Virus record (IMG/VR): IMGVR_UViG_3300031998_000009
Span: 96,001-160,000 of that record
Length of the DNA stretch: 64,000 nucleotides
Strand: one strand, 5' to 3'
From: a virus
Lineage: Duplodnaviria > Caudoviricetes
Shown here: piece after piece, positions 26,398-35,695 of the stretch
Position numbering within the stretch: position 1 is the stretch's first letter
How the letters are laid out: the number at the start of each line of letters is the position of its first letter
Notes under the pieces: model-generated
Databases searched by the model: none
Told to the model about the DNA's origin: nothing
Seen by the model: the letters and a program-made list of their open reading frames with translations, nothing else
Translations under genes and position numbers: made by a program

Positions 26398-26758
26398 TCT
26401 CGCACACTTCCTTCTTATCCTTTTTAAGATTTATTGGATTAAGGTCAATGTTTAATAATTGTGCTCTTAATTCCAATAAGTACAGATATCTTGTCATAGC
26501 TTCTTCCTGGTCTCGCATAATCTGATTTAAGGTATATTTTTCACTTCTACGTTTTTCATCGTCTTTAGTGTAACAGATTTCGTTACTATAACCTCTATCC
26601 ATCACACGGCATTCTGCTTCTTCTCTAACATTACTAACATGAAGTTTATTCAGTCTAATTCTTGTCTGCCAATATTCAGCAAGAAATCTATCTCTAAAAT
26701 CATCAGAAACAGAGGCTTGAATAGTATCTCCCATCATAACTTCAACAATATCTAACAT
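26390..26758 (-). CDS. phage hypothetical protein
   Basis: [13 protein letters not shown]...Q..AM..YL..LE.RA pattern; start at 26758 behind GAGGAG. Confidence 0.7.
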   Translation of the reverse strand: MLDIVEVMMGDTIQASVSDDFRDRFLAEYWQTRIRLNKLHVSNVREEAECRVMDRGYSNEICYTKDDEKRRSEKYTLNQIMRDQEEAMTRYLYLLELRAQLLNIDLNPINLKKDKKEVCENV

Positions 26759-26759
26759 A

Positions 26760-27458
26760 TTAAACTCCTCTCGCATTAAAATCCCAGATATACTTGTGAA
26801 TTTGTAATTGCATACGAACATCGAACAGATCATTTTGAATTATATATTCTACAATTTGTTTAGGTTCGATCATACCAAAAATAGGACTTACAAAAATATG
26901 CGGCATATCTGAATAACTATTTTTAATAGTAGTTATCCATCTTTTCATATCCTCTAAGTCCTCTTTTGTACCTACCACAAACTTTACAACATCCCAATCA
27001 TTAAGATTTTTTGTAAAGTTTTCAGGAATCATTTTATTGTTTTCACCGCTAGAAATAGATTTATAGTCAATAGTAAAGATTAATCTTTCATGAGAGTATG
27101 ACGATAAAGATGTAAGTAATCTTTTCTTAAATGGTTGAATGTCAACAGCGCCGCAGGTTTCTACATTTACTTCAAAACCTTCCTCCAGTAATGCTTCAAT
27201 GAGCTCGGCAGAATCTTTTTGAATAAGAGGTTCTCCACCTGTGAAAGTCACATAGGGTGTTTTATTGGATTTACAATATTCTACAATTTCTTCTACTGTC
27301 ATGTCTTTAGGTTCAGCACCGTGTCCGACTTCATTTGCGTAAATACTATCACAGTAGTTGCAGCACAAAATACAACCGAAACTTCGTATAAAAGTAACAA
27401 TTTTTCCTGTTCTAATACCTTCACCGTCAATAGATTTAAACAACTCAACTATTTTCAT
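26760..27458 (-). CDS. queE: 7-carboxy-7-deazaguanine synthase (radical SAM)
   Basis: ELFKSIDGEG, CxxxCxxC (CILCCNYCD), TGGEPL, ETCG, LQIHK. Confidence 0.95.
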   Translation of the reverse strand: MKIVELFKSIDGEGIRTGKIVTFIRSFGCILCCNYCDSIYANEVGHGAEPKDMTVEEIVEYCKSNKTPYVTFTGGEPLIQKDSAELIEALLEEGFEVNVETCGAVDIQPFKKRLLTSLSSYSHERLIFTIDYKSISSGENNKMIPENFTKNLNDWDVVKFVVGTKEDLEDMKRWITTIKNSYSDMPHIFVSPIFGMIEPKQIVEYIIQNDLFDVRMQLQIHKYIWDFNARGV

Positions 27459-27461
27459 AGT

Positions 27462-27920
27462 TTAACCTCTTTTCCAGGTGGCATGAGAATTAGTGGTTTC
27501 CCACAAATCAATTTTATCTACTGTACATTCCAAATTAGGAAAGTTGTTATTTAATAAGGATTGGATGTCATTAGCAAATGCCTTTACCATATTCTCGGCA
27601 GATGGACTATTCTCCATCTTGAAAATACGCATATTAGCTTGTTCTAGAACCTCTCTAATCTTGCCCTCTGTAGTCTCCGGACCATTACTCATATTGGTAA
27701 TGAAGGAATGATCTGGTACATAATCTTTCAGGATTTTATTTAACACACTGAAATCCACGACAAAATTAAATTTGTTTGACATTCTATCATATTCTGGACA
27801 ACTGATTGTAACTTCCAGTTTATATGAGTGTCCATGTAGGTTACCACAGAGTCCTTCGTAACCATAAAGAAGATGTGCTGCCTCAAACTCTACATGACGA
27901 GTAACACTGATACGATCCAA
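27462..27920 (-). CDS. queD: 6-carboxy-tetrahydropterin synthase
   Basis: FEAAH, CGNLHGHSY, DH, SAEN, WET. Confidence 0.95.
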   Translation of the reverse strand: MDRISVTRHVEFEAAHLLYGYEGLCGNLHGHSYKLEVTISCPEYDRMSNKFNFVVDFSVLNKILKDYVPDHSFITNMSNGPETTEGKIREVLEQANMRIFKMENSPSAENMVKAFANDIQSLLNNNFPNLECTVDKIDLWETTNSHATWKRG

Positions 27921-27938
27921 ACTAAAAACCTCCTCTTT

Positions 27939-28418
27939 TTAATAAATTGTTCCTTTATTTTCTGAATAATTTTTATATAATTCTTGAGCTAGATCTCTGT
28001 CCCTAAACTCGAATTCTAGTTCATTTGTATTGTAACACATTTTTGAAAGATTGTCAATAGTCTCATAAATATGTTTATCTTTAAACCCAATATGTTCGGC
28101 ATCTTCTAACGTACCAGAAATATAAACTTTCTTTATATTTGCCCACATTATAGCACCTAAACACATTGGACAAGGATAACCTGTTGCATATAATTCACAA
28201 TCAGATAAATCATGTGTTTGTAGTTTTTGACACGCTTTTCTTATAGCGTTTATCTCGGCATGAGCTGTAGGATCTTTAGTACCTAGTACTGTATTAGATT
28301 CACAGCTTATAAGTTTTCCATCTCTTACAACACTTGCCCCGAAAGGTCCACCTAAACCTAAATTAGAATTAGTATATGCTATATCTACAGCTTGCAGCAT
28401 AAAGGTTTTATTATACAT
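27939..28418 (-). CDS. guaD: guanine deaminase (GuaD-type, cytidine deaminase fold)
   Basis: GGPFGA, DPTAHAEINAIRKAC, PCPMCLGAI.WA, GF.D..IY: closely follows the Bacillus GuaD pattern. Confidence 0.85.
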   Translation of the reverse strand: MYNKTFMLQAVDIAYTNSNLGLGGPFGASVVRDGKLISCESNTVLGTKDPTAHAEINAIRKACQKLQTHDLSDCELYATGYPCPMCLGAIMWANIKKVYISGTLEDAEHIGFKDKHIYETIDNLSKMCYNTNELEFEFRDRDLAQELYKNYSENKGTIY

Positions 28419-28430
28419 AGAATAATCACC

Positions 28431-28811
28431 TTATTCCCATGGAAATTTAATCCAGAGATTACCTTTTTCCATATTCCAATAATCTGGAGTTACTTTTGCA
28501 TCCTTCTTATAGAACATAGTAGCAATATAGTATCCTTTATCTTTCCAAGCAAGTGCTGTATTACCTGTATCACAGATATCATCTACAATAAGGCATCCAG
28601 GTTGTGGGGCACCTAGAAATGGAAGATTAAGTTTATGTGAAAGCATTACGGCAAACACCAAACCACCTCTAGCAGGTCCGTATACACCTGTGAATGACCT
28701 ACCCTGTGTCTGAATAACACTTGTTAAACAATATATGAACTCATTTACTTGATCCCATGTTACATAGTATACTTCTGGGGTCATATCTTTTTTATCCCTA
28801 TCATTTAGCAT
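28431..28811 (-). CDS. purine (xanthine/guanine-type) phosphoribosyltransferase
   Basis: VTW, ARGGL, LIVDDICDTGNT PRPP motif, WIKFPWE C-terminus as in Gpt. Confidence 0.85.
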   Translation of the reverse strand: MLNDRDKKDMTPEVYYVTWDQVNEFIYCLTSVIQTQGRSFTGVYGPARGGLVFAVMLSHKLNLPFLGAPQPGCLIVDDICDTGNTALAWKDKGYYIATMFYKKDAKVTPDYWNMEKGNLWIKFPWE

Positions 28812-30057
28812 AATCTTTTTCCTTATCCTTAAAATCTAAACGCTCTTCATACTCAATAGGATCCACCAAACCGTTTCTAAAGAACGCTTTCTGTCTCATA
28901 AAACAAGGACCACAATGCCCACAGGCTTTATCCCCATTTCTGTAACAAGACCACGTATATTCAAAAGGTGCCTTATATTTAAGACCAAAGGGAATAATTT
29001 CATGCTTCATTAAGTTACCCACAGGAGTTCTAATCTCCACATACTTTCCATTTTGAACAGCTCCATACAAACAACTATTAAAATCCTTAATAAACTGTTC
29101 TTCATTATCAGGATATGCCCCAGACTCTTCTAAATTTGTCCCTAAATAAATGTAACTAAAATTATTTGCCTCCGCATAACCTACGGCCATTGACATCATA
29201 ATAAGGTTACGGGCAGGTACCCATTCATGGGCATATTCACTTCCAGAAACGCTCTCGGAAATGTTTTCCTTACCGTCCAAAATTGTACTTGCATGAGCCA
29301 TAAAATGTAAATCTAAATCCATTACATATAAAGAGCAATTACCATATGTGTGATTAAGAGATTCCTGAATCTTTTTAATTCGAATCAATTCGGGTGTCTC
29401 CGCTAGGCACCCATAATTATAATGCAATAAAGTCACTTTCTTATGTGTGGCACAAGCGTATGCTGCAACGGCGGTGCTATCTAAACCTGCTGAAGCAATA
29501 ACAATGGCGCTATCTTGAACATCCCTTTTTATACTTATAATCTCCCTTGTTTCAGAATCCATTATAGAATAAGGGGGAACTCTTTTAACATCCCCAATAG
29601 AAACCAAGTGATGTGCATAAGAACTAAAATAAAAATTACCATCCTTATCGTAAGAATAAAAAATGGGCTTATAATTACAGGCGAGGTAGAAATTTCCATC
29701 CGGTTTTAAAATTCCGATGGCATAGGCCCCTACCACCTTATACAAACTATCCCTTAGAGAATAAATATTTGTAAAGTCCAGAACTTTACTAAGTACATAA
29801 CTATCAATCATCCCATCTGGATTTCCTAATTCTCTATCATTACTAATAGTTCCATTATGAACTATTTTATAGTCCGTTCCGAAAGGTTGATTAAATTCGG
29901 CATTTTCAACCTCCGTCGTAGGAACTGCCCTATGGTTACAAATCCAGCTCCCTTTTCTATAAAAAACATTACTATAGTCTCTACCCCGATCTAAGGACGT
30001 TTGAAATATAGAAAGAAATTTTTCATTCAGGGAGGTTCCACCACAAATCGTACACAT
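28801..30057 (-). CDS. queC: Gat-QueC fusion (class II glutamine amidotransferase + 7-cyano-7-deazaguanine synthase)
   Basis: N-terminal MC (Ntn Cys), HRA.P, HNGTISN; SAGLDS, VPARN, YPD, TWSCY...CGHCGPC. Confidence 0.93.
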   Translation of the reverse strand: MCTICGGTSLNEKFLSIFQTSLDRGRDYSNVFYRKGSWICNHRAVPTTEVENAEFNQPFGTDYKIVHNGTISNDRELGNPDGMIDSYVLSKVLDFTNIYSLRDSLYKVVGAYAIGILKPDGNFYLACNYKPIFYSYDKDGNFYFSSYAHHLVSIGDVKRVPPYSIMDSETREIISIKRDVQDSAIVIASAGLDSTAVAAYACATHKKVTLLHYNYGCLAETPELIRIKKIQESLNHTYGNCSLYVMDLDLHFMAHASTILDGKENISESVSGSEYAHEWVPARNLIMMSMAVGYAEANNFSYIYLGTNLEESGAYPDNEEQFIKDFNSCLYGAVQNGKYVEIRTPVGNLMKHEIIPFGLKYKAPFEYTWSCYRNGDKACGHCGPCFMRQKAFFRNGLVDPIEYEERLDFKDKEKDYAK

Positions 30058-30069
30058 AAAAATCTCCTT

Positions 30070-30954
30070 TCAGAATAAAGATTTTTTTAAACCTTTTAAT
30101 TTACGTTCATGGTTATTTGCAAATTGTTGAAGGTACATAATATTAACAAGACATCTTATTTTATAATCTTCCATACATTGTTGAACGGTAAAACCTAGAG
30201 ATTTTAAATAAATTTGAACCTGTTCCTGTTCATCCTTTTTCATATTAGCATAATTTTTTGCCAGATAATCTTGCTTCTCACTAATATTAATGACTCCCCA
30301 AGGTGACATTATACCCCCGTTAGCACTTGTCATAATCCACGCTGTGGAGTCCGCACTTTTAAAAGGATAAGACTTCAAAAGAGGTTTAGAAGTCATACCA
30401 AAAGCGTGAACTTTAATGTCGGGTCTCACTTTCTGTATAACTTTATAACAGGACTGAAAAAAATTATCTAAAATACTCTTTGTACTACCCACCAATCCTC
30501 CTAGCGCAATATAATCAATATCATCATCCTGTAGGTACTTATATAAATATTGAATATTGTCACCTTGGTGATATGTAGGAAGTAATTTATGCTTATCTTT
30601 ACAATGCTCCTTTAAATATAAATAGTTCTCATAACTTTTTTTATCTGAATCTGGAACACCACTACCACCAATAATATCTAAACTCGCAAATATATCAATG
30701 TACTCGATGATATTATTTATATATTGAATATAGTTATCTATATCGATAGTAACACCTTGAGTAAAAGCTGTGTAGGCACCGCAATCTATAAATAATTTAT
30801 TTTTAGCATTTTGGGTAGACTTTTTAAAGTCTACCCAGGATCTAATAATAGACTTGTCGCTGTAATAGGAAAGAAGTCTATTACAACCATTATTCATCAT
30901 ATAATCTTCGGCGAGTTTATTTTGGCTTCCGGCAAAATAAATATCAAATGCCAA
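30070..30954 (-). CDS. dpdA: DpdA-like TGT-fold 7-deazaguanine DNA transglycosylase
   Basis: FIDCGAY, LDII, PTYH, ALGGLV, VHAFG, SADSTAW; context between polA and que genes. Confidence 0.8.
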   Translation of the reverse strand: MAFDIYFAGSQNKLAEDYMMNNGCNRLLSYYSDKSIIRSWVDFKKSTQNAKNKLFIDCGAYTAFTQGVTIDIDNYIQYINNIIEYIDIFASLDIIGGSGVPDSDKKSYENYLYLKEHCKDKHKLLPTYHQGDNIQYLYKYLQDDDIDYIALGGLVGSTKSILDNFFQSCYKVIQKVRPDIKVHAFGMTSKPLLKSYPFKSADSTAWIMTSANGGIMSPWGVINISEKQDYLAKNYANMKKDEQEQVQIYLKSLGFTVQQCMEDYKIRCLVNIMYLQQFANNHERKLKGLKKSLF

Positions 30955-31018
30955 ATCTAATCACCTCTATTTTCATATCCTAAGTAGATTTACACCCACC
31001 CATATTTGATTAAAAGAA

Positions 31019-33367
31019 TTACAATGTATTCACATCAATTGATTCTCCGTACCAACTATAAAACAATTCAACATCACAAGTGAGTGGAACACAGAGATCA
31101 CGTCCTGCATTTATCATACATTGACTCATGAGTTCGGCACACCGTTTAGCATTTTCTACAGGACACTCTGCTATAATTTCATCATGTACGGGAATTAACA
31201 TTCTAAAACCTAGTTCTTTTAGCTCCTTATGGTTAAACAATTCTATTTGTGCTAACTTTGTCAAATCAGCACTCGAGCCTTGAACACGACTGTTTACAAC
31301 CTCTCGTTTAGCCTTAGCGATATGTCCAGTGTTATCTTTAATGTTAATACCGGATTGACGAATCTTTTCCTTTATAAGTTCACGTTCTTTATAATTACAT
31401 CTAAGAAGTCTATTAGTGAGACGTCTAACTTCTTCTTCTGGAACTTCTGTAGAGTAATTTGTCTCTTCATCTGAAAGTGGATCAAAATCAGGAGTCATAC
31501 CATTCTTATATGTGAACTCATAATATGGAAGTTGCATGGCAGGCAACTGTCGACGTCGTCCCCAAACAGTAGTAACATATCCGTATTCTCTTGCCATGTC
31601 CTCTGATTCTTCCAAGAACATAGCGAGACCTGGGAACTTTGCTAGAACCTTATCGTAAATTGCCTGTGCTTCTTTACGATTTTTATGAAGTTGTTCACCT
31701 ATAGATGCTATACCTCTTCCATAAAGAATGCCAAGAACAACTGGTTTTGCCGTAGCTCTTCTTTCTTTACCTTCTTTACTGTATGTTCCATCAGGTCGTT
31801 TCTCACAACATTCTTCATATGGAACATTAAAAATGATAGAAGCTATTTCAGAGTAAACATCCTTACCGTCCTTATAAGCCTGAATCATCTTTTCATCTTG
31901 ACTTAAATGAGCAGTAACACGAACTTCTTGTCCGGAATAGTCACAAGATAACATAATGTATCCTGGAGAGGCTGTAAACAACTGTCTTACATCATGTCCT
32001 GAATCTATTTCTGTTCCGTCTTTTAATTTAAATGAACGGGAAGGGATATTCTGTAAATTCGGCGAGTCACTACTAACACGACCTGTTTCAGCACCATACT
32101 GATTGAATTTACAGTGAATTCGTTTATCCGGATATTTGGATGCTTCTTCTGGCATCTTATCAATGTAAGTAGAAACGACTTTTTTGAATTTTCTAACGTC
32201 TGATATAGCATTGCACAAAGGGTGATCTAGTTGTTCTAGTATTTCCTTGTCGGTCCCTCTAGGTTTTTCCTTATCTGGAGATTTCAAACCTAATATATCA
32301 TACAAAACAATAGCAAGTTGCTGAGTGCTTCCTAGATTAATTGGATCAGATAACTTACATCCAGGATGACTTCTTCTATACTCGTCTATTTGTCCCATAT
32401 AATCCTCTAGAACATTATCTAGATTCTGCTGCATTGTATCTGTGAGTTTATGATATTTCTCCTGTATCTTTTTGGCATGCTCATAATCTATTGCTGTACC
32501 TAAATTCTCCATAGCAATAAAGGTCGGCATAGATTTCATTTCGATGTTAAAAAATACATTAGACACACCTTGCATATTATGTGATTCATAATAAATACCA
32601 TTTGGTTCCAGATACTGTGCTTGAAAATCAGCTAATTCATCTGTATAAATAGCATCATGAGCCGCGTATAAATAGGCAACATCAATAGGAATTAGGTTGA
32701 ACGGTATTCCTTCGAACAACTTTCCAAAAGTTAATACTTCACCTTTTCCATCGTTACAATATTTATTACGAAGGTCTTTCAGGCTCTTTTCACCTTTTTT
32801 CTCGTCACTATTAAGACACATAGCAGCGATATAACAATCCCAATAAGGAGTAAACCACACACCTACGTGATTTCCAAGAATTTTAATATCAAAGGGTGCG
32901 TTGAACCAATATGTTTTTACGTCGGCATCAACTAATCTTTGGAACTGTTCTCTTATAAAATCAACAGGTAGCTGATCATTACATTTTACATTGGTTATAT
33001 AGCTAACATGATTAATAGGAATATAAGCAGGTTTAAGACCTTCTGTATGAATACAGATACCTACAATATCATCAAGTATTGTATTTAATCCTGTAGTTTC
33101 TGTATCAATACTTATCCTATTATTTTCAATAGCTTTGTCAATGTAATCTATAAGTGATTGTTCTTCCCGTATAAGAAGTAAAGAATCCTCTTTACCTTCA
33201 AATTTAGACTTTACAAAAGAACAAGCTGCCTGAATTCTGTCAATGAGTTTTCCAGAACCCTTTAATTTAATATTATTATCTTGGATAGGTTGTGTGACTT
33301 TTTTAAGTAGTTGCTGGTCCTTTTTGGTAGTAGCACGGCTGCTAGGTAAATTAAAGAATCCAGCCAT
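31019..33367 (-). CDS. polA: family A DNA polymerase with 3'-5' exonuclease
   Basis: IDTETTG, YAAHDA, TGRVSS.PNLQNIP, DYSGQEVR, AKPVVLGILYG, QGSSAD, VHDE. Confidence 0.96.
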   Translation of the reverse strand: MAGFFNLPSSRATTKKDQQLLKKVTQPIQDNNIKLKGSGKLIDRIQAACSFVKSKFEGKEDSLLLIREEQSLIDYIDKAIENNRISIDTETTGLNTILDDIVGICIHTEGLKPAYIPINHVSYITNVKCNDQLPVDFIREQFQRLVDADVKTYWFNAPFDIKILGNHVGVWFTPYWDCYIAAMCLNSDEKKGEKSLKDLRNKYCNDGKGEVLTFGKLFEGIPFNLIPIDVAYLYAAHDAIYTDELADFQAQYLEPNGIYYESHNMQGVSNVFFNIEMKSMPTFIAMENLGTAIDYEHAKKIQEKYHKLTDTMQQNLDNVLEDYMGQIDEYRRSHPGCKLSDPINLGSTQQLAIVLYDILGLKSPDKEKPRGTDKEILEQLDHPLCNAISDVRKFKKVVSTYIDKMPEEASKYPDKRIHCKFNQYGAETGRVSSDSPNLQNIPSRSFKLKDGTEIDSGHDVRQLFTASPGYIMLSCDYSGQEVRVTAHLSQDEKMIQAYKDGKDVYSEIASIIFNVPYEECCEKRPDGTYSKEGKERRATAKPVVLGILYGRGIASIGEQLHKNRKEAQAIYDKVLAKFPGLAMFLEESEDMAREYGYVTTVWGRRRQLPAMQLPYYEFTYKNGMTPDFDPLSDEETNYSTEVPEEEVRRLTNRLLRCNYKERELIKEKIRQSGINIKDNTGHIAKAKREVVNSRVQGSSADLTKLAQIELFNHKELKELGFRMLIPVHDEIIAECPVENAKRCAELMSQCMINAGRDLCVPLTCDVELFYSWYGESIDVNTL

Positions 33368-33373
33368 GAGCTA

Positions 33374-34051
33374 TTACACCATATTAGGTCTTGTACCACG
33401 TCTTACCGTTGGTTCTTCTTCGGAATTTCTAGAACCTCTACGATACACACCGGCATCTTCAGACGTAGACTCTTCAGAAGAATTATTAAGAGTTCTGTTC
33501 TTAATAAAATCCTTCATTGTATCAAAATCCATATCCTGAACATAGACACCGTCCGGACTAGGAATCATATCGAAATCGTCGAGTGTTGTGTCGTCACTAC
33601 TTTCGAAAGTAATTTCGTAGCGTGTATCAGAGTCACCTGCTACACCACGTCTAGTAATAGTGAAAATGTTAGCACAGAACGGTTCGCCTTTTTGAACCAT
33701 AAGTGGATAGATACACTTCTTAAAGAAAGCTGTGCTTCTATCCCAGAGTGCTACTTCAGATTCATCTACCTTATAAATTGGAATCCATGTTTTTTTCTCT
33801 GTCTTTCTATCCTCTAGAATAGGAGAAGAACAAAGTGGACACATTTCCTGTGGGTCGTTATAACCTCTGAGGCAGTTAATACTTGTAAATTTCCCATCCT
33901 TTGTTCTTACTCTGTGACAACAATAACCGTTAAAGTCACGAATACTTTCGTACATAAAACGGACATTACAACTGTCTCCGTCATCTTTCAGACCAAAGAA
34001 CCCTGCCGACTGTGACACATAATTATCAATGTCATCAAATCCAAATTTCAT
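33374..34051 (-). CDS. putative single-stranded DNA-binding protein
   Basis: FFGLKDDGD..VRF, H...C...CPLC, ITRRG.....TRY, acidic C-terminal region; between primase and polymerase. Confidence 0.65.
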   Translation of the reverse strand: MKFGFDDIDNYVSQSAGFFGLKDDGDSCNVRFMYESIRDFNGYCCHRVRTKDGKFTSINCLRGYNDPQEMCPLCSSPILEDRKTEKKTWIPIYKVDESEVALWDRSTAFFKKCIYPLMVQKGEPFCANIFTITRRGVAGDSDTRYEITFESSDDTTLDDFDMIPSPDGVYVQDMDFDTMKDFIKNRTLNNSSEESTSEDAGVYRRGSRNSEEEPTVRRGTRPNMV

Positions 34052-34114
34052 AATACATAATCCTTTCTTACTATAAAATATTTTATATAATCAGCTTTCA
34101 CTGAATATATCAGT

Positions 34115-34153
34115 AAAAAAATAAGGACTTATCTAGTTTACGATAAGTCCTAT
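34115..34153 (-). terminator. intrinsic terminator in leader of SSB/polA operon
   Basis: AGGACTTATC/GATAAGTCCT stem followed by TATTTTTTT. Confidence 0.8.
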
Positions 34154-34222
34154 CCTCCATATATAAAACAGATTCTAGACTTACGGTACTCTTATATATA
34201 ATAGTTGAATCTAGTATGTCAA

Positions 34223-34261
34223 CTATGGTAGAGATTTCGTGTATAGTCTAGTCTGTTTCAT
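34223..34261 (-). CDS. candidate leader peptide MKQTRLYTKSLP (amber stop)
   Basis: GAGTGA SD-like, first ATG after the promoter, lies in the 5' arm of a long hairpin. Confidence 0.35.
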   Translation of the reverse strand: MKQTRLYTKSLP

Positions 34262-34326
34262 CTGTAATCACTCTGCTTTCTGTTTTGTGTTATTATACAG
34301 TTTGTACTTTTTTACTTTCTAATTAA

Positions 34327-34355
34327 AGTGTAACATAAAAACCAACAAAAGTCAA
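34327..34355 (-). promoter_or_regulatory. sigmaA-type promoter
   Basis: TTGACT-17bp-TACACT, extended -10 TG. Confidence 0.8.
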
Positions 34356-34380
34356 GTGTTTTTTGAAAATATTTTTATTT

Positions 34381-35403
34381 TTACAAAATAGTTTCTTTTA
34401 GATTTTCTATTTCTTCCCATGTGCATTCGTTTATATCCTTACGACCTTCTGGAAGAATATACTCTGTCAACATTCTTGTTTTTAACTTTCGTTTTATCTT
34501 TTCTCTAGCATCCATACCGGCTTTATCCGAGTCGGTTGCTATTATGAATTTTCGTATTGGAAGTTTTAATAACTGTCCAAACTGATAGTCAGTACCTAAT
34601 CCATTAAGAGCAACTGCATATTTCTTATGTGTCCATAAAGTTAGACAGTCTATAATAGATTCACAAATACACAGTTCTTTTGGATATTCAGGTAGTTTAG
34701 ACAATTCATATAGTCCGTATACGGGTTTTAATACACCTTGAGGATAGTGGAACATTTTAGTTTCTACACTTCTTCTGGCAATAAAAAGTGTACCACCTGT
34801 TTCATCTCGAACTGGAAAAGTTATACATTTACAATGATATTTCTTTCCTGCTTTAGACGTTAATACGAAATCTTTGTCATAACCTACATCAAACAATTCT
34901 ATTATTTCATCAGTTAGTTTTCTTGTGTACATATATGGATGAATATATCTATAGGAGTCTAATTCCTCTTCGGAAACATAATTTATAGTAGTTTGATTAT
35001 TCTTTTTTCCTCTAGATGTATCTAGTACTAATTCAGGTCTATTTTCATACTCCACAGTCAGGAAGTTTTTTCGTAACCACTCTGAACCGAATATACCAAA
35101 GTCGTCTCTATCAAAAACATAACTTATCATTTCTTCGAGAGAGCATACCATACCACAAGTGAAGCAATGAACAGTACCGGCTTTGATTAATTTGCCACCT
35201 TGATAAATATCCTTTTTAGTTATACCACAAGAAGGTTTTAACTCCTGTCCACCTTTATGAAATGGACAGCTAAATTGTATATGGTCCGTGGTAGGTATAA
35301 AAGTATGAAAATAATGTTTACCATTAAGTTCAAGTTGATTTCTTAATTCCTGCAATATAACAAGTTCGTCCTCCAATATTGGACGACCCATTACTGTAAA
35401 CAT
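34381..35403 (-). CDS. dnaG: DNA primase (CHC2 Zn finger + TOPRIM)
   Basis: CPFH...HCFTCG, ITFPV, CESIID, TDSDKAG, KDINE. Confidence 0.92.
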   Translation of the reverse strand: MFTVMGRPILEDELVILQELRNQLELNGKHYFHTFIPTTDHIQFSCPFHKGGQELKPSCGITKKDIYQGGKLIKAGTVHCFTCGMVCSLEEMISYVFDRDDFGIFGSEWLRKNFLTVEYENRPELVLDTSRGKKNNQTTINYVSEEELDSYRYIHPYMYTRKLTDEIIELFDVGYDKDFVLTSKAGKKYHCKCITFPVRDETGGTLFIARRSVETKMFHYPQGVLKPVYGLYELSKLPEYPKELCICESIIDCLTLWTHKKYAVALNGLGTDYQFGQLLKLPIRKFIIATDSDKAGMDAREKIKRKLKTRMLTEYILPEGRKDINECTWEEIENLKETIL

Positions 35404-35412
35404 AGTATCACC

Positions 35413-35682
35413 TTAAAATTCAATAGTGATTTCTTTACTGTAGTCATTATTATATAAATGTACCTGTGGGAATAGTGAATAAATAGAAGATATATAAGGT
35501 AGTTCACTATAAGGTCTAATTCCGTCACCTAGTTTAAATCTTAAAATAGGATTATCAGGTTCTCCGTTTTCTTCCTTTTCCACCACAAGTTCTCTATCTC
35601 TAAATACATAGGAACCGTGTTCTTTTAGATATTCCCGTGTAAAAGATTTCGGAACTATGGTTGTATTGATCAAACTATCCAT
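35413..35682 (-). CDS. small protein with Mtd/hyaluronidase N-terminal-like motif
   Basis: ELVVE...RFKLGDG...YSELPY. Confidence 0.55.
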   Translation of the reverse strand: MDSLINTTIVPKSFTREYLKEHGSYVFRDRELVVEKEENGEPDNPILRFKLGDGIRPYSELPYISSIYSLFPQVHLYNNDYSKEITIEF

Positions 35683-35695
35683 TTAAGTCTCTCCT

